From IMG/VR virus record IMGVR_UViG_3300030397_000356, positions 1 to 62,344 of that record: a DNA stretch of 62,344 bases. One strand, given 5' to 3'. Shown here piece by piece: positions 49,056 to 59,292 of the stretch. The stretch's first letter is position 1. Every line of letters starts with the position of its first letter. Position numbers and translations under genes: made by a program. This DNA comes from a virus. Its lineage: Duplodnaviria; Caudoviricetes. The notes under the pieces were generated by a model that saw nothing but the letters and a program-made list of their open reading frames with translations, was not told the DNA's origin and ran no database searches.

Positions 49056-50753
49056 TTGAATAAAAGATTTAACAACATGATGGACTTTATACGACGCTAT
49101 AAAGTTGCACACCAAAATGGTCTCACCATTGAAGAATTCGCATGGGTAATAGGAATAAAACCTAAAAGCGTAGCGAGAAGAAAACTGTCTGTAAGGCATT
49201 ACTCTGGTGTAGATCTTCCAGAGCTTCCTAGATACGAGAGCAATGTGAAAAGATCTCACGCGGTTAAACCATCAGACGAAGCGCTTCAAAAATACAATGT
49301 TGATCTAGACGAGGTTGAAAAATCTCAACAAAAGTCTGATTTTAATAAAGTTGAAGAGCTAAAGTACCAACGGTACATAATAACATCAGCGCAGAACGCC
49401 ACACCAGTACATGTAAACTTTTTACGATGTCTGGAAAACTATGCAAAAATTAACGATGCCAAAATTATGGTGATACCATTCAGGTATCGAAATCCAACTT
49501 CTATATGGACACCAGAAGACAAAGCACACGATTGGTGGGATCATAGATTAAAGGACTACATAATAGAGAGTCAAATCAGGCTCAATAAACGCTTAAGAGT
49601 GATGGGGCACATATCCATCCAACCTACGGCGGTTCACCCACTGTCCGGGTTTGATAGCTTAACCGGCGAGGATTCCGGTATAATTGGACATTCTTCTATT
49701 GAGTTGAAAACAATTCCTACTCCGGCACAAAGCCTTCCTAAAATACTAACAACAACAGGCGCTGTAACCATACCAAATTATACGGACAGTAAAGCCGGTT
49801 ATCGAGGTGAATTCAACCATTCACTTGCCGCCGTAGTAGTTGAACTTGATGGGGATTCCTTTTTCATCCGACACATTCATGGAAACAAAGAAACTGGCGA
49901 ATTTTACGATAAAGATTGCCTTTACACTGTAAACGAGTGTAAGCGAAACATAAGGGCATCGGCTCTAGTTACCGGAGACATTCATGCCGAGTACCATGAC
50001 CCAAAGGTAGAAGAAGCAACATACACCTCTCCAAACTCTATAATGAACGTCCTGAAACCGAAACATTGGGTTATACATGACCTAGAGGATTTTTATAGGA
50101 GGTCACATCACCATCGAGGAAACGACCTACTCAATTTCGCAAAGCATCATCTAGGGAGAAACACGGTAGAAGAGGGTCTACAAATATCGGCAGATTTTGT
50201 AGATAAGCATAGCCGTGAAGGCATGCTGAATGTCATCGTAAGAAGCAACCATGATGAGGCTCTTGAGAGATGGTTACGAGAAGCTGATCCAAAAAGTGAC
50301 CCAGAAAATGCTATATTCTATCATTACATGAAGTATCACCAATACAAGAATCTTAAGATCACCAGAACTGGTTTTAAGACATTCAACGCTTTTGAGTTTT
50401 GGTGTAAGAATCCAGAGTCTCAAAAGGGGCTAGTCAACATCGATAAAACACGATTTTTGGATCGTGACGAGTCTTTTGTAATAGAAGGTATTGAAGTGGG
50501 ATTTCATGGAGACTGTGGGCCAAACGGGAGCAGGGGGAGTTTAAACAATTTTGCAAGAATAGGGCCTAAAACTATTATTGGACATAGCCATAGTCCGGGA
50601 ATATTTCAGGGCGCTTATCAAGTAGGAGTTAGCGCATATAAAGACTTGGAGTATGCCAAAGGCCCGAGCAGTTGGATGCACACACATTGTGTGATTTATC
50701 CGGATGGTTCTAGGACTCTTATACACATAGTCGATGGTAAATGGACACTATAA
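49056..50753 (+). CDS. Calcineurin-like metallophosphoesterase with N-terminal HTH-like region
   Basis: GDIH, HDLED, SNHD, FHGD, GHSH motifs in the expected order. Confidence 0.75.
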   Translation: MNKRFNNMMDFIRRYKVAHQNGLTIEEFAWVIGIKPKSVARRKLSVRHYSGVDLPELPRYESNVKRSHAVKPSDEALQKYNVDLDEVEKSQQKSDFNKVEELKYQRYIITSAQNATPVHVNFLRCLENYAKINDAKIMVIPFRYRNPTSIWTPEDKAHDWWDHRLKDYIIESQIRLNKRLRVMGHISIQPTAVHPLSGFDSLTGEDSGIIGHSSIELKTIPTPAQSLPKILTTTGAVTIPNYTDSKAGYRGEFNHSLAAVVVELDGDSFFIRHIHGNKETGEFYDKDCLYTVNECKRNIRASALVTGDIHAEYHDPKVEEATYTSPNSIMNVLKPKHWVIHDLEDFYRRSHHHRGNDLLNFAKHHLGRNTVEEGLQISADFVDKHSREGMLNVIVRSNHDEALERWLREADPKSDPENAIFYHYMKYHQYKNLKITRTGFKTFNAFEFWCKNPESQKGLVNIDKTRFLDRDESFVIEGIEVGFHGDCGPNGSRGSLNNFARIGPKTIIGHSHSPGIFQGAYQVGVSAYKDLEYAKGPSSWMHTHCVIYPDGSRTLIHIVDGKWTL

Positions 50754-50797
50754 TTTTTTCTAAATAAATAGAATTATAAAATACTTGTGTCGAACTG

Positions 50798-52387
50798 GTG
50801 ACTAGAAGAAAAAATCCTAGACTTAAAAAACCTAACTCTACTCATGAATATACTTTAGAAGAAATTCAAGAGTTAGCTAAATGTGCAGAAGATCCTGTTT
50901 ACTGTATAACCAAATACATAAAAATTCGTCACCCGACAAAAGGTTTTATACCTTTTGATATGTGGGAGTGTCAGAAAGACATTGTTCGCGCATACAATCA
51001 GAATAGATTTGTAATACTTTTAGCTTCTCGACAGGTTGGTAAGACTGAAACTTCTGCCGCTTATCTGTTGTGGTACGCTCTGTTCAACCCTTATAAAACA
51101 GTAGTTATCTTGTCGAATAAATCTTCAAGCGCTAAAGAGATCATAGCAAAGATACAAGATGCTTACGAGGAATTACCATACTTTTTAAAGCCGGGAATAG
51201 ACGAGAATTCTTGGAATAAGCATGAGTGTAAATGGGAAAACAAATCCAGGATTGTTGCCCAAACCACTTCAATCGATTCGGCCAGAGGCTTATCCATCAG
51301 TCTTTTATATCTGGACGAGTTTGCGTTCGTCAAAAACCATATTCAGGAAGAGTTCTGGACATCTGTTATTCCAACTCTCTCAACAGGGGGATCATGTATC
51401 ATAAGCAGTACCCCTAACGGAGACAGTAACAGATTTGCTCAATTGTGGAGAGAGGCCAACATGAAAGAAAGCCCATTTGTGCCTGTCCATATCCCGTGGA
51501 ACGCTCCACCGGGGAGAGATGAAAAATTCAAGCAGGATTTTATAGCATTGTTGGGCGAAAGAAAATGGCTGCAAGAATTCGAGTGCAAATTCCTGTCTTC
51601 GGACTACCGGTTAATTGATGATATGGCTCTGACGCGGGTCAAAGAACGCCTTGCTAAAAAGTGTAAGGATGGGAAACCTCCTGTTGAGATGAACGTGGGA
51701 GACATCGAGTTTTATAAAAAGCCGAGTAAGTCGATGTCTTACTTAGTAAGCGTAGATGTTAGCACCGGATCAGATCAGGACTACTCTGTCATCAGTGTTA
51801 CCGAATTCCCGTCAATGATTCAGACCGGTATGTTTCGTTCCAGCACAACATCTGAAAAGTTTTTATATTCTAAGCTGAAAAATCTTCTTCTGTTCTTAGA
51901 ACAAAACAGCAAAGATGTTTATTTTAGCGTGGAAAATAACGGGGTCGGGTCAAGCATTTTAGCAATCTATGAATTCGACCAAAGACCACCATCAAAAGCG
52001 CAGTTGATATCAGACGCTAACAGCAAAAGACTAGGCATTACCATGAGCGAGCCAGTCAAAAGGAGAACAGCGCTTAAACTTAAGTCGATGATAGAAAATG
52101 ACGAGTACGATATAAGGTCTCCTCTACTGATCGAAGAATTAAACAATTACACCCGACAAGGCGCAACCTTTAAGGCCGAAAAAGGTGCAACTGACGACAT
52201 CGTTGCCTCTTTGTTGATTATGGTGAGAATGCTTGAAGAGCTAGCCGATTTTAACGCCGAAGCTTATAACAAGGTTTATGACTACAAAGGCTATGATGAT
52301 AAGCACGACGAGTGGGGAGATTCTGCGGATAGCGACGAGCCTTTCAATCCTTCAGACTATATATTGCCGATCATAGTGGATAAATAG
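50798..52387 (+). CDS. gp17: Terminase large subunit gp17
   Basis: ASRQVGKT, LLYLDEFAF, ISSTPNG, QEFEC, SVDVSTG, VENN, DDIV. Confidence 0.95.
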   Translation: MTRRKNPRLKKPNSTHEYTLEEIQELAKCAEDPVYCITKYIKIRHPTKGFIPFDMWECQKDIVRAYNQNRFVILLASRQVGKTETSAAYLLWYALFNPYKTVVILSNKSSSAKEIIAKIQDAYEELPYFLKPGIDENSWNKHECKWENKSRIVAQTTSIDSARGLSISLLYLDEFAFVKNHIQEEFWTSVIPTLSTGGSCIISSTPNGDSNRFAQLWREANMKESPFVPVHIPWNAPPGRDEKFKQDFIALLGERKWLQEFECKFLSSDYRLIDDMALTRVKERLAKKCKDGKPPVEMNVGDIEFYKKPSKSMSYLVSVDVSTGSDQDYSVISVTEFPSMIQTGMFRSSTTSEKFLYSKLKNLLLFLEQNSKDVYFSVENNGVGSSILAIYEFDQRPPSKAQLISDANSKRLGITMSEPVKRRTALKLKSMIENDEYDIRSPLLIEELNNYTRQGATFKAEKGATDDIVASLLIMVRMLEELADFNAEAYNKVYDYKGYDDKHDEWGDSADSDEPFNPSDYILPIIVDK

Positions 52388-52413
52388 AATAGAACATCAT
52401 ACAACAAGTTTTT

Positions 52414-52941
52414 ATGAAGCTAAACGTCTTGCTCGAAAGACAATTCAAGTCTTTAGAGTATCTAACCAAACAACATTTTGGAAACACGAGGGATACAGCG
52501 TCCAATCGTGTGCAGTTGTCGGACATTAAATATATTCCATCTATAGAGCAAGGATGGATTGAGGTTAGGTCAAACAGCACTACTGGAGGAAAACAATACC
52601 ACACAATTTTACGTTTCAATGAAATTGAGTTCGTAGATCCTGATGAAGAGGAGGCCAACGAATATCCTTCTTTTGTTGGAGAAGATGGAAAAACATATTT
52701 TATAAAGCCCCGAAGGTCAGTTGATGTTATGGTAAAATGTGATTGTGATGACTTTCGCTGGCGCTTTGCTACGTTCAATTTCGCTGACGGTAGTTTAGCG
52801 GGAGATCCTCCGCCACCTTATGTCAAAAAAACTAAAAGGCCACCAGTCAATCCTAGTCAGGTGCCGGGGATATGCAAACATATTTTTAAATTGAAGAAAA
52901 CGTTAGAACGCGACAAAATTTTTGATATGTTGTTGAATTAG
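52414..52941 (+). CDS. SWIM zinc-finger-like protein
   Basis: VKCDCDDF...GICKH; GATAAATA at 52379-52386; N-terminus MKLNVLLE. Confidence 0.7.
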   Translation: MKLNVLLERQFKSLEYLTKQHFGNTRDTASNRVQLSDIKYIPSIEQGWIEVRSNSTTGGKQYHTILRFNEIEFVDPDEEEANEYPSFVGEDGKTYFIKPRRSVDVMVKCDCDDFRWRFATFNFADGSLAGDPPPPYVKKTKRPPVNPSQVPGICKHIFKLKKTLERDKIFDMLLN

Positions 52942-52961
52942 GTCTCTGAAGGATTTATAAT
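52933..52961 (+). promoter_or_regulatory. Sigma70-like promoter upstream of gp32
   Basis: TTGAAT-17 nt-TATAAT. Confidence 0.6.
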
Positions 52962-53062
52962 TCAACAACATTCAAAAACTTGGCACATGGGGTGCCAATG
53001 TGTGTATCATCATATCAAGTGAAAGAACACAAAACAAGTGTATAGAAAGCAGGAGAACTAGA

Positions 53063-54004
53063 ATGCCTAAAACTATAAAAGACATAAGAGCGGAAATACA
53101 GAAAAGACAGCAAAAGAAACAGAAGATAAATTACAACACAGACGTGTATCCTTTTTGGAAAATTAAAGAAGGTGACGTTGCGGTAGTGAGAATACTACCC
53201 GACGGAAACCCTGAAAACGAATTCCCACTTGTCGAGAGGTTAGACCATTATCTAGAGATAGATGGTCAGAAAAGAAGAATAACGTGCCCAAAAACTCCAG
53301 AGTTTGGTGGGAAAAAATGTCCCATCTGTGAACTCTCGGCAGAATACTATAACGCGAAAGACGAGAAAAGTGGTAAGTATTATTACAGAAGCTCGTCTCA
53401 CTTGGCCCGAGCGCTGGTCATTTCTGATCCGCTACCACCGGACCCGGAAACCGGAGAAAATTACACCGGAAAGGTTGTAACCCTGCAACTTGGGTATAAT
53501 ATCTATAATAAGATCACTGCCGATCTAGGGAATGTTTTTGAGGATACTGACCCACTGCCTTGGGGAATCGAACTAGGGTTTAATTTTAACCTGAAGAAGA
53601 GTCTGAACAAGGCAGGCAAATCCGAGTGGTCTGCAACGTCGTTTTTCGACCGGAGGCCGTCTCCAATACCGGACGAGTTTTTGGAAAACATTGAGCTTAA
53701 GGATTTGAGAGAGCTTCTTGGAGACCCTGTTAGTTACGATGAAGCTAATGAGTTTTTGGCAAAACACTTGAGTTCATCGCCTGATCGGGATGATTCTGAT
53801 AGCTTAACTAACAAAAGGGCGAGCACAACATCTTCATCTGGAGACGACACAAGATCCAAACTCTTGAACGCGCTAAGAGGTGATGTCGAAGAGGAACAAG
53901 AAGAAGATAACAGCGATGAGGAGTCTGTGTCGGAACCAGACGTTGGTGATGGAGAAAGCGAACTTGAAAAGCTTCGCAGACTGCTAAAGCAAAAAGGCGG
54001 TTGA
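53063..54004 (+). CDS. gp32: Single-stranded DNA-binding protein gp32
   Basis: VVRILPDGN, TCP...CPICE, acidic tail; start placed at the ATG after AGGAG. Confidence 0.88.
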   Translation: MPKTIKDIRAEIQKRQQKKQKINYNTDVYPFWKIKEGDVAVVRILPDGNPENEFPLVERLDHYLEIDGQKRRITCPKTPEFGGKKCPICELSAEYYNAKDEKSGKYYYRSSSHLARALVISDPLPPDPETGENYTGKVVTLQLGYNIYNKITADLGNVFEDTDPLPWGIELGFNFNLKKSLNKAGKSEWSATSFFDRRPSPIPDEFLENIELKDLRELLGDPVSYDEANEFLAKHLSSSPDRDDSDSLTNKRASTTSSSGDDTRSKLLNALRGDVEEEQEEDNSDEESVSEPDVGDGESELEKLRRLLKQKGG

Positions 54005-54029
54005 TAAGCTAAAAGTTTGCTGACTGAGC

Positions 54030-54056
54030 GATGAAAGGGCCTACGGCCCTTTCATC
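54030..54056 (+). terminator. Stem-loop after gp32
   Basis: GATGAAAGGGCC-TAC-GGCCCTTTCATC. Confidence 0.7.
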
Positions 54057-54080
54057 TAATAGAAACAAAGGAGAAAACGA

Positions 54081-55103
54081 ATGACAAAAGCCAAAAGCTT
54101 TTTTGACAAGATGAAAAAAAGAGATAGTATAAGCGGTGTGAATATATATTCGAAACCGCCACATATATGGCTGAGCAGTGGAAACTATGTAGTCAACAAG
54201 ACAATATCTGGAAGCTTCAACAGAGGATATGCTGTCGGGCGGCTAGCGATGATTACAGGCCCGTCCGACGCAGGTAAAAGCTTTCTTGCTATGTCGGCGG
54301 CTGTACAAGCACAGAAAGCCGGTTACGGTGTTTTCATCATAGATTCAGAGAGAGCCATCGACGATGCTTACATGGAGGCTGTAGGAGTTGACGTAAACAA
54401 TGAGCTACTGTTTTATAACAGTGTTGACAGCTTAGAAGCTGCCACGAAGCTCGTGTCTGAGTTTTTACAGTCTTATAGAGAAAACAAAGAAGACCTTCCC
54501 CCGTTTCTATTGTTGATCGATAGCTTGGACGAGTTAAAAACCAAGGCCCACATCGAGAAAAAAGAAAAAGGTGTGGTGCATAACGACCAAGGACAGCACG
54601 CAAAACAATTGAAGCAGTTTGTGTCAAACATAATGCACGACATCGGTGGACTGGACATTTTCGCTGTTTGCACGAAGCAGCCATACACTAACCAAGATCC
54701 TATCATGTCTAAAGTGGAACCATACATTATAACTCCAGCAATGCGGTTCCCCTTTTCTCAGATTTTGTTATTGACAAACAGAAGATTGAAAGATGCAAAG
54801 ACTAAAAAAATAGAAGGTATTCACTTAAATGTAGATGCGTATAAAACTAGATTCTGTAAACCCAGACAAAAGGTTTCAATTGAAATACCATACGATAAAG
54901 GAATTGACCCATTCAGTGGACTATTGGCTGCGGCAGAGAGCATGGGTATAGTGAAAAAATCAGGCGCTTGGTATAAGTTTGAAGACAATAATATTCAAGC
55001 TTCAAACGCCAGTGAAGAAGTTTTACAAAAAATTCTAAATAAAATGATAGAGAACGATGATGACGTATTTTTAGATGTTCTGGAAGACGACGAAGATGAA
55101 TAA
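54081..55103 (+). CDS. uvsX: RecA-like recombinase UvsX
   Basis: GPSDAGKS, IIDSE, LIDSL, IPYDKGIDPFSGLL, SGAWY. Confidence 0.93.
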   Translation: MTKAKSFFDKMKKRDSISGVNIYSKPPHIWLSSGNYVVNKTISGSFNRGYAVGRLAMITGPSDAGKSFLAMSAAVQAQKAGYGVFIIDSERAIDDAYMEAVGVDVNNELLFYNSVDSLEAATKLVSEFLQSYRENKEDLPPFLLLIDSLDELKTKAHIEKKEKGVVHNDQGQHAKQLKQFVSNIMHDIGGLDIFAVCTKQPYTNQDPIMSKVEPYIITPAMRFPFSQILLLTNRRLKDAKTKKIEGIHLNVDAYKTRFCKPRQKVSIEIPYDKGIDPFSGLLAAAESMGIVKKSGAWYKFEDNNIQASNASEEVLQKILNKMIENDDDVFLDVLEDDEDE

Positions 55104-55123
55104 CAGACAAAGGAGCTTTTATC

Positions 55124-55630
55124 TTGATGACTGATCTAAAATTAAAGAAGCTTATTCAGGATATGACAGACATAAGGTCTGAATTCCTGTTAGAGTTGTT
55201 AAATTCTGTAGGCGAGAAGCTCTGTCTAGCATTATCAAATTCGATATTGGACGGAGAAGTCGTGGGGGTAGCAATTTCTAACGCTTATATTGTAGACTCT
55301 TACATCAATTTGGAGATAAAAGTGGGAACGTCTATAGATGGCAGTCTGAAAAAGTATTTAATTTGTCTGAGTATACCAGATTTGATATTGGAGAAAGGAA
55401 CGGTTGAAGATATCGGCCAATATCTAATAGAGATAAACACTAATACAGATATAAAAGAAGGAGAGCCGATTTTCCTTACACCGAACAAGAAAAGTGAGTC
55501 AATGTTGGCTAGGATAGACAAGATAGTGAAAAGGGTTCAATCCAATACCCGTCCGGAAAATGAAGGCACCAGTGATTTAACCGAATGGGAGTTTGAACAT
55601 ATTATGCCCGAAAACGACACAATACATTAA
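55124..55630 (+). CDS. Hypothetical protein
   Basis: 168-aa ORF with AAGGAG upstream. Confidence 0.65.
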   Translation: MMTDLKLKKLIQDMTDIRSEFLLELLNSVGEKLCLALSNSILDGEVVGVAISNAYIVDSYINLEIKVGTSIDGSLKKYLICLSIPDLILEKGTVEDIGQYLIEINTNTDIKEGEPIFLTPNKKSESMLARIDKIVKRVQSNTRPENEGTSDLTEWEFEHIMPENDTIH

Positions 55631-55635
55631 CAAAG

Positions 55636-56109
55636 GTGTTTATGTTGGAGAATAAGATCATAACAGATGAAGAAATAGAACTGTATAAGAAGGCTTTGAG
55701 ACATTATGAGTCTAAAATAGTTGATTGGAAAAAACACTCTTCATTAGACGGAAAAAACATTGCGGTTGCCAACGTTGATCAGGTCTCGTGGCTATCTTAC
55801 TATGATGAGATGAAGGTTGATGTTCGATATTACATTGAAAAGCTTGAACATAAATTAAAGAAACAGAAAGCGGTGGCTATAAAAGCCATATACCAAACTA
55901 TGCAAAAATCTATAACTGACAGAATGGTAGACAAATTGTCTGAAGAGAATCCAACATATGAAGAAATTTTTGAGATCTATCTTGAATTCAAGAACCTGTA
56001 TGATCGGTTAGATATGATAGTTGGAGTCTTTAAACAAAGGGCTTTTTCACTTAACAATCTTGTTAAGATCATGGAAGCTAATATGGAAGGAATAACGTTA
56101 CATCTATGA
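55636..56109 (+). CDS. uvsY: Recombination mediator UvsY-like
   Basis: Helical 157 aa with FKQRAFSLNNLVK motif, directly upstream of uvsW. Confidence 0.75.
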   Translation: MFMLENKIITDEEIELYKKALRHYESKIVDWKKHSSLDGKNIAVANVDQVSWLSYYDEMKVDVRYYIEKLEHKLKKQKAVAIKAIYQTMQKSITDRMVDKLSEENPTYEEIFEIYLEFKNLYDRLDMIVGVFKQRAFSLNNLVKIMEANMEGITLHL

Positions 56110-57686
56110 CTTCCAAGAAAGTAGTTACCATTACCATAAAAAATCACGTAAAAGCGACTTTAAGCGGCCTAAGCCCTAAAGATTTGATGGATATTAGAGA
56201 GAAATTCGCTTTTTTTGCGGATGGTTACTTCTTTAACCCATCATATCAGCTAAATCGATGGGACGGGAAGGAAGAATTTGTTACAAGGACTGGCGTGACA
56301 TATGTTCAAATATTGGAGCAGGTGGCAGTGGAAATAATAAATCTTGGCTATTCTATAAAAGTTAAAGACGAAAGGAAGCCCTTTTCTGTAAAAGTTCAGA
56401 AGCCCATAGATGAGAATTATTTTTCAGAGTACGGATGGACTCTTGAAGAACACCAGCTAAAATCAATACAGGCTGTAATAGACGCCGGGCACATGGGGAT
56501 AATAAAGGTCGGCACAGGCGGTGGGAAGACTCTGATAACCGCCGTTTTAGCTGACATGTATGTTAGAAGCGGTAGGAAGTGTATTATCATTGTTCCGAAA
56601 AAGGATTTGGTGGTACAAACCAAAGAAGAGTTATTGACATTTGATCTGGATGTCGGAGCGTACTACCAGAAAGAAAAAAATTTGGACGCCAGTATTGTGG
56701 TTTCTACATGGCAGTCTCTTGCACATAACCCTAGGGCGCTACATGGTTTTAACGCAATAATAGTGGACGAATGTCATGGAACCAAAGCAAAAGTGTTAAA
56801 CAAATTATTGTGCGGACCCTGTGGGGCAGATATACCAATAAGAATCGGTCTTACAGGAACATTACCAGATCACGACACTGATAAACTACTTACATTGTGT
56901 GCTCTAGGACCACAAGTAGCAAACGTTCCGTCAAGCGTCTTGATAGCAAACGGCTGGCTTTCTAAACTTCATCTACTAATGGCAAGTTTTGGAGAAGATT
57001 TTCATGAAGAGTATGAAAATTTCAAAAAAATGAATGAAGACGACCCAGATTTAAAAAACATAACTTACAGTACTTTCAGAAACAATCACCTCTTTCCGAA
57101 TTATGGAGCAGAGTCGAACTATCTTTCAACCAATTTTGACAGATTGGCGGCCATAGCGGAAATAGCCGAAAGGGTTAGATCGGCTTATGGTAATACATTC
57201 ATTTTGGTCAATACTGTGAGATTTGGCACAAAGCTATCTAAGTTGCTTGATAATTCCGTATTCATTAGCAGAAATATGTCAGACAGAAAACAGATATACG
57301 ATCAGTTCGATACTTCTGACGGTATGATTGGAATAGCCACCTATAATCTAGCTTCGACAGGGCTAAACATTAAGAGATTATTTAACATTATTTTGGTTGA
57401 TGGAGGGAAGTCATCTGTAAGAGTTATACAAACTATAGGGAGGGGGCTCAGAAAAGCTAGAGACAAGAGCGAAGTCAACGTGCTTGACATCTATTCGGAT
57501 ACACCGTTTTCAAACAGGCATTCTAGGCGCAGGGAAAAGATTTATAAGAGCGAGAATTATGAGTATAAGAAGATCAAAAAAATAAAATACCAGCAAGACG
57601 GAGACATAGAAAAAGCTTCCAATTTAATCCTCAACACTTTAAAATACATGAAAAACAACGATAAAAAAGAGGAGATATTGAACTAA
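56106..57686 (+). CDS. uvsW: UvsW-like SF2 helicase
   Basis: WDGK, GTGGGKT, VDECH, GLTGT, STGLNIKRL, IQTIGRGLR. Confidence 0.92.
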   Translation: MTSKKVVTITIKNHVKATLSGLSPKDLMDIREKFAFFADGYFFNPSYQLNRWDGKEEFVTRTGVTYVQILEQVAVEIINLGYSIKVKDERKPFSVKVQKPIDENYFSEYGWTLEEHQLKSIQAVIDAGHMGIIKVGTGGGKTLITAVLADMYVRSGRKCIIIVPKKDLVVQTKEELLTFDLDVGAYYQKEKNLDASIVVSTWQSLAHNPRALHGFNAIIVDECHGTKAKVLNKLLCGPCGADIPIRIGLTGTLPDHDTDKLLTLCALGPQVANVPSSVLIANGWLSKLHLLMASFGEDFHEEYENFKKMNEDDPDLKNITYSTFRNNHLFPNYGAESNYLSTNFDRLAAIAEIAERVRSAYGNTFILVNTVRFGTKLSKLLDNSVFISRNMSDRKQIYDQFDTSDGMIGIATYNLASTGLNIKRLFNIILVDGGKSSVRVIQTIGRGLRKARDKSEVNVLDIYSDTPFSNRHSRRREKIYKSENYEYKKIKKIKYQQDGDIEKASNLILNTLKYMKNNDKKEEILN

Positions 57687-57687
57687 T

Positions 57688-58179
57688 ATGGTTTTCATGG
57701 ATGAAAATAATACTCCTATACGCTTAGAAAGTATTGATGTGCCGACACGCTCCGAATATTATTGGTGCTTAGATTTGAAGAAAATGGACTTCATGCTAAG
57801 GCCCATCGTAACTTTAGAAGAAATAGAAACGCCCGCTTTAATGCTATCTATTCTTGGATATATTGTCACCATTCCAACTTCTTGGAATTGTCTGATCTAC
57901 TGTAAAGAAACAATGCAATTGGACGTAGCTGAAGCTCACGAGTTGACTAAAGGACATTTCAGCGCGGCAGTGTATGACTTGAGAAAAGAATGCGTTCTAC
58001 CTGATGTAGGAAACATTTCTGCACTGGACTATATACCAAACACTAAAATAGTAACTCCAACATTGAAGAAATGTACGATGTTGTGCCATCCTTTAGGACT
58101 ACACCATTGGTGCTGCTTTTCACCAACAGATTACTATACTAAATACCTACAAGATAAAGTAATAGGAGATTTATACTAA
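57688..58179 (+). CDS. Hypothetical protein
   Basis: 163-aa ORF tightly coupled to uvsW. Confidence 0.7.
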   Translation: MVFMDENNTPIRLESIDVPTRSEYYWCLDLKKMDFMLRPIVTLEEIETPALMLSILGYIVTIPTSWNCLIYCKETMQLDVAEAHELTKGHFSAAVYDLRKECVLPDVGNISALDYIPNTKIVTPTLKKCTMLCHPLGLHHWCCFSPTDYYTKYLQDKVIGDLY

Positions 58180-58649
58180 TGGCTAAGAAAAAATTAACGA
58201 TACCAGAATTCAAGACATGGCTAGAAGGATTGATGACGCTCAAAGATGAAGACTGGTCTCCTTCGCCGGACGAATGGAAAATTATCTGTGACAAGCTAGA
58301 AAATTTAAAAGAAGTTAAAGAGCCAGACTCTTTTGATGATTCGCGAATAATAGCCATGCTTGAATCCATCAGCAAACGGCTATCAGTGTTGTCACGTTTA
58401 GAGGGTGCCGATTTTGATTATCTGGCGAACTTATTACGAGCGGCGCTGTCCTCATCTGGCAGCATAGCTTCAGGACCAGCGGTCAACACGCCACCGCCAC
58501 CGCCTGTGGACACTGTGTTGGCCCCAAATGGTAAAAAGTTAGAAGACCTGAGTCTTTCGGAGCTTCGTGCTATGACAAAGGACGCTGAAAATAGTACAGT
58601 AAAGCCGCCCATCGTTGGCAAAGATGATGATATAGAAGATTTCATCTAA
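58179..58649 (+). CDS. Hypothetical protein
   Basis: TAATG-coupled; EFKTWLEG...WSPSPDEW. Confidence 0.7.
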   Translation: MAKKKLTIPEFKTWLEGLMTLKDEDWSPSPDEWKIICDKLENLKEVKEPDSFDDSRIIAMLESISKRLSVLSRLEGADFDYLANLLRAALSSSGSIASGPAVNTPPPPPVDTVLAPNGKKLEDLSLSELRAMTKDAENSTVKPPIVGKDDDIEDFI

Positions 58650-58662
58650 TAGAAACCGTGTT

Positions 58663-59250
58663 ATGGAGTCAATCTATTATACAAGGCTAAAAAACAGAGA
58701 TTTGTGGGTTGACGGGACAAGCAGCCTTGATACAGACGGAATTTGTCATAAAATTCTATCTGGAGAGAGCGTTGAAGATATTTTGTCTAATGAATTCATT
58801 ACGGGGGATGGGACCGAAGAAGAAGTCTTTAAATTTTTGAAACTGGTCCCAAAAATTCGCCACATGTCTCCTAAAGTAAAAGATAAAACTTCTGTTCTTG
58901 AAAAAGAATTCGACACGTCATTCAACATCCCGGAAGAGTATTTGCACATAGACATCGAAAAGTTTTTAGTCGAGAGCTTGATTCAAGAATCAAGAGAAAA
59001 GAATTTAAGCGAAGCTGAAAAGATAAAAAGAATAGAGCGAATACGATATGAGTTAGAAAAGTTGTTAGAGCATGGGCTTTTAGGACTAGTCAATCTATCT
59101 CTTTATTTGGTAGACACTATGAAAAAGCACAATGTGGTATGGGGTCCGGGTAGAGGAAGCTCTTGTTGTTCATATATACTGTACCTCGTCGGCCTACATT
59201 GTATAGACAGTGTAGAATTTGATCTACAGTTTGACGAGTTCATCAGATGA
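58663..59250 (+). CDS. DNA polymerase III alpha (DnaE)-like fragment
   Basis: RIRYEL...LVDTMKKHNVVWGPGRGSSCCSYILYLVGLHCIDSVEFDLQFDEF matches the DnaE GPGRGS...SLVAYALGIT.IDP...LLFERF motif. Confidence 0.85.
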   Translation: MESIYYTRLKNRDLWVDGTSSLDTDGICHKILSGESVEDILSNEFITGDGTEEEVFKFLKLVPKIRHMSPKVKDKTSVLEKEFDTSFNIPEEYLHIDIEKFLVESLIQESREKNLSEAEKIKRIERIRYELEKLLEHGLLGLVNLSLYLVDTMKKHNVVWGPGRGSSCCSYILYLVGLHCIDSVEFDLQFDEFIR

Positions 59251-59292
59251 TTATAAATAAAACCGTATTAACTCATTGACTGGAGTGCAATA

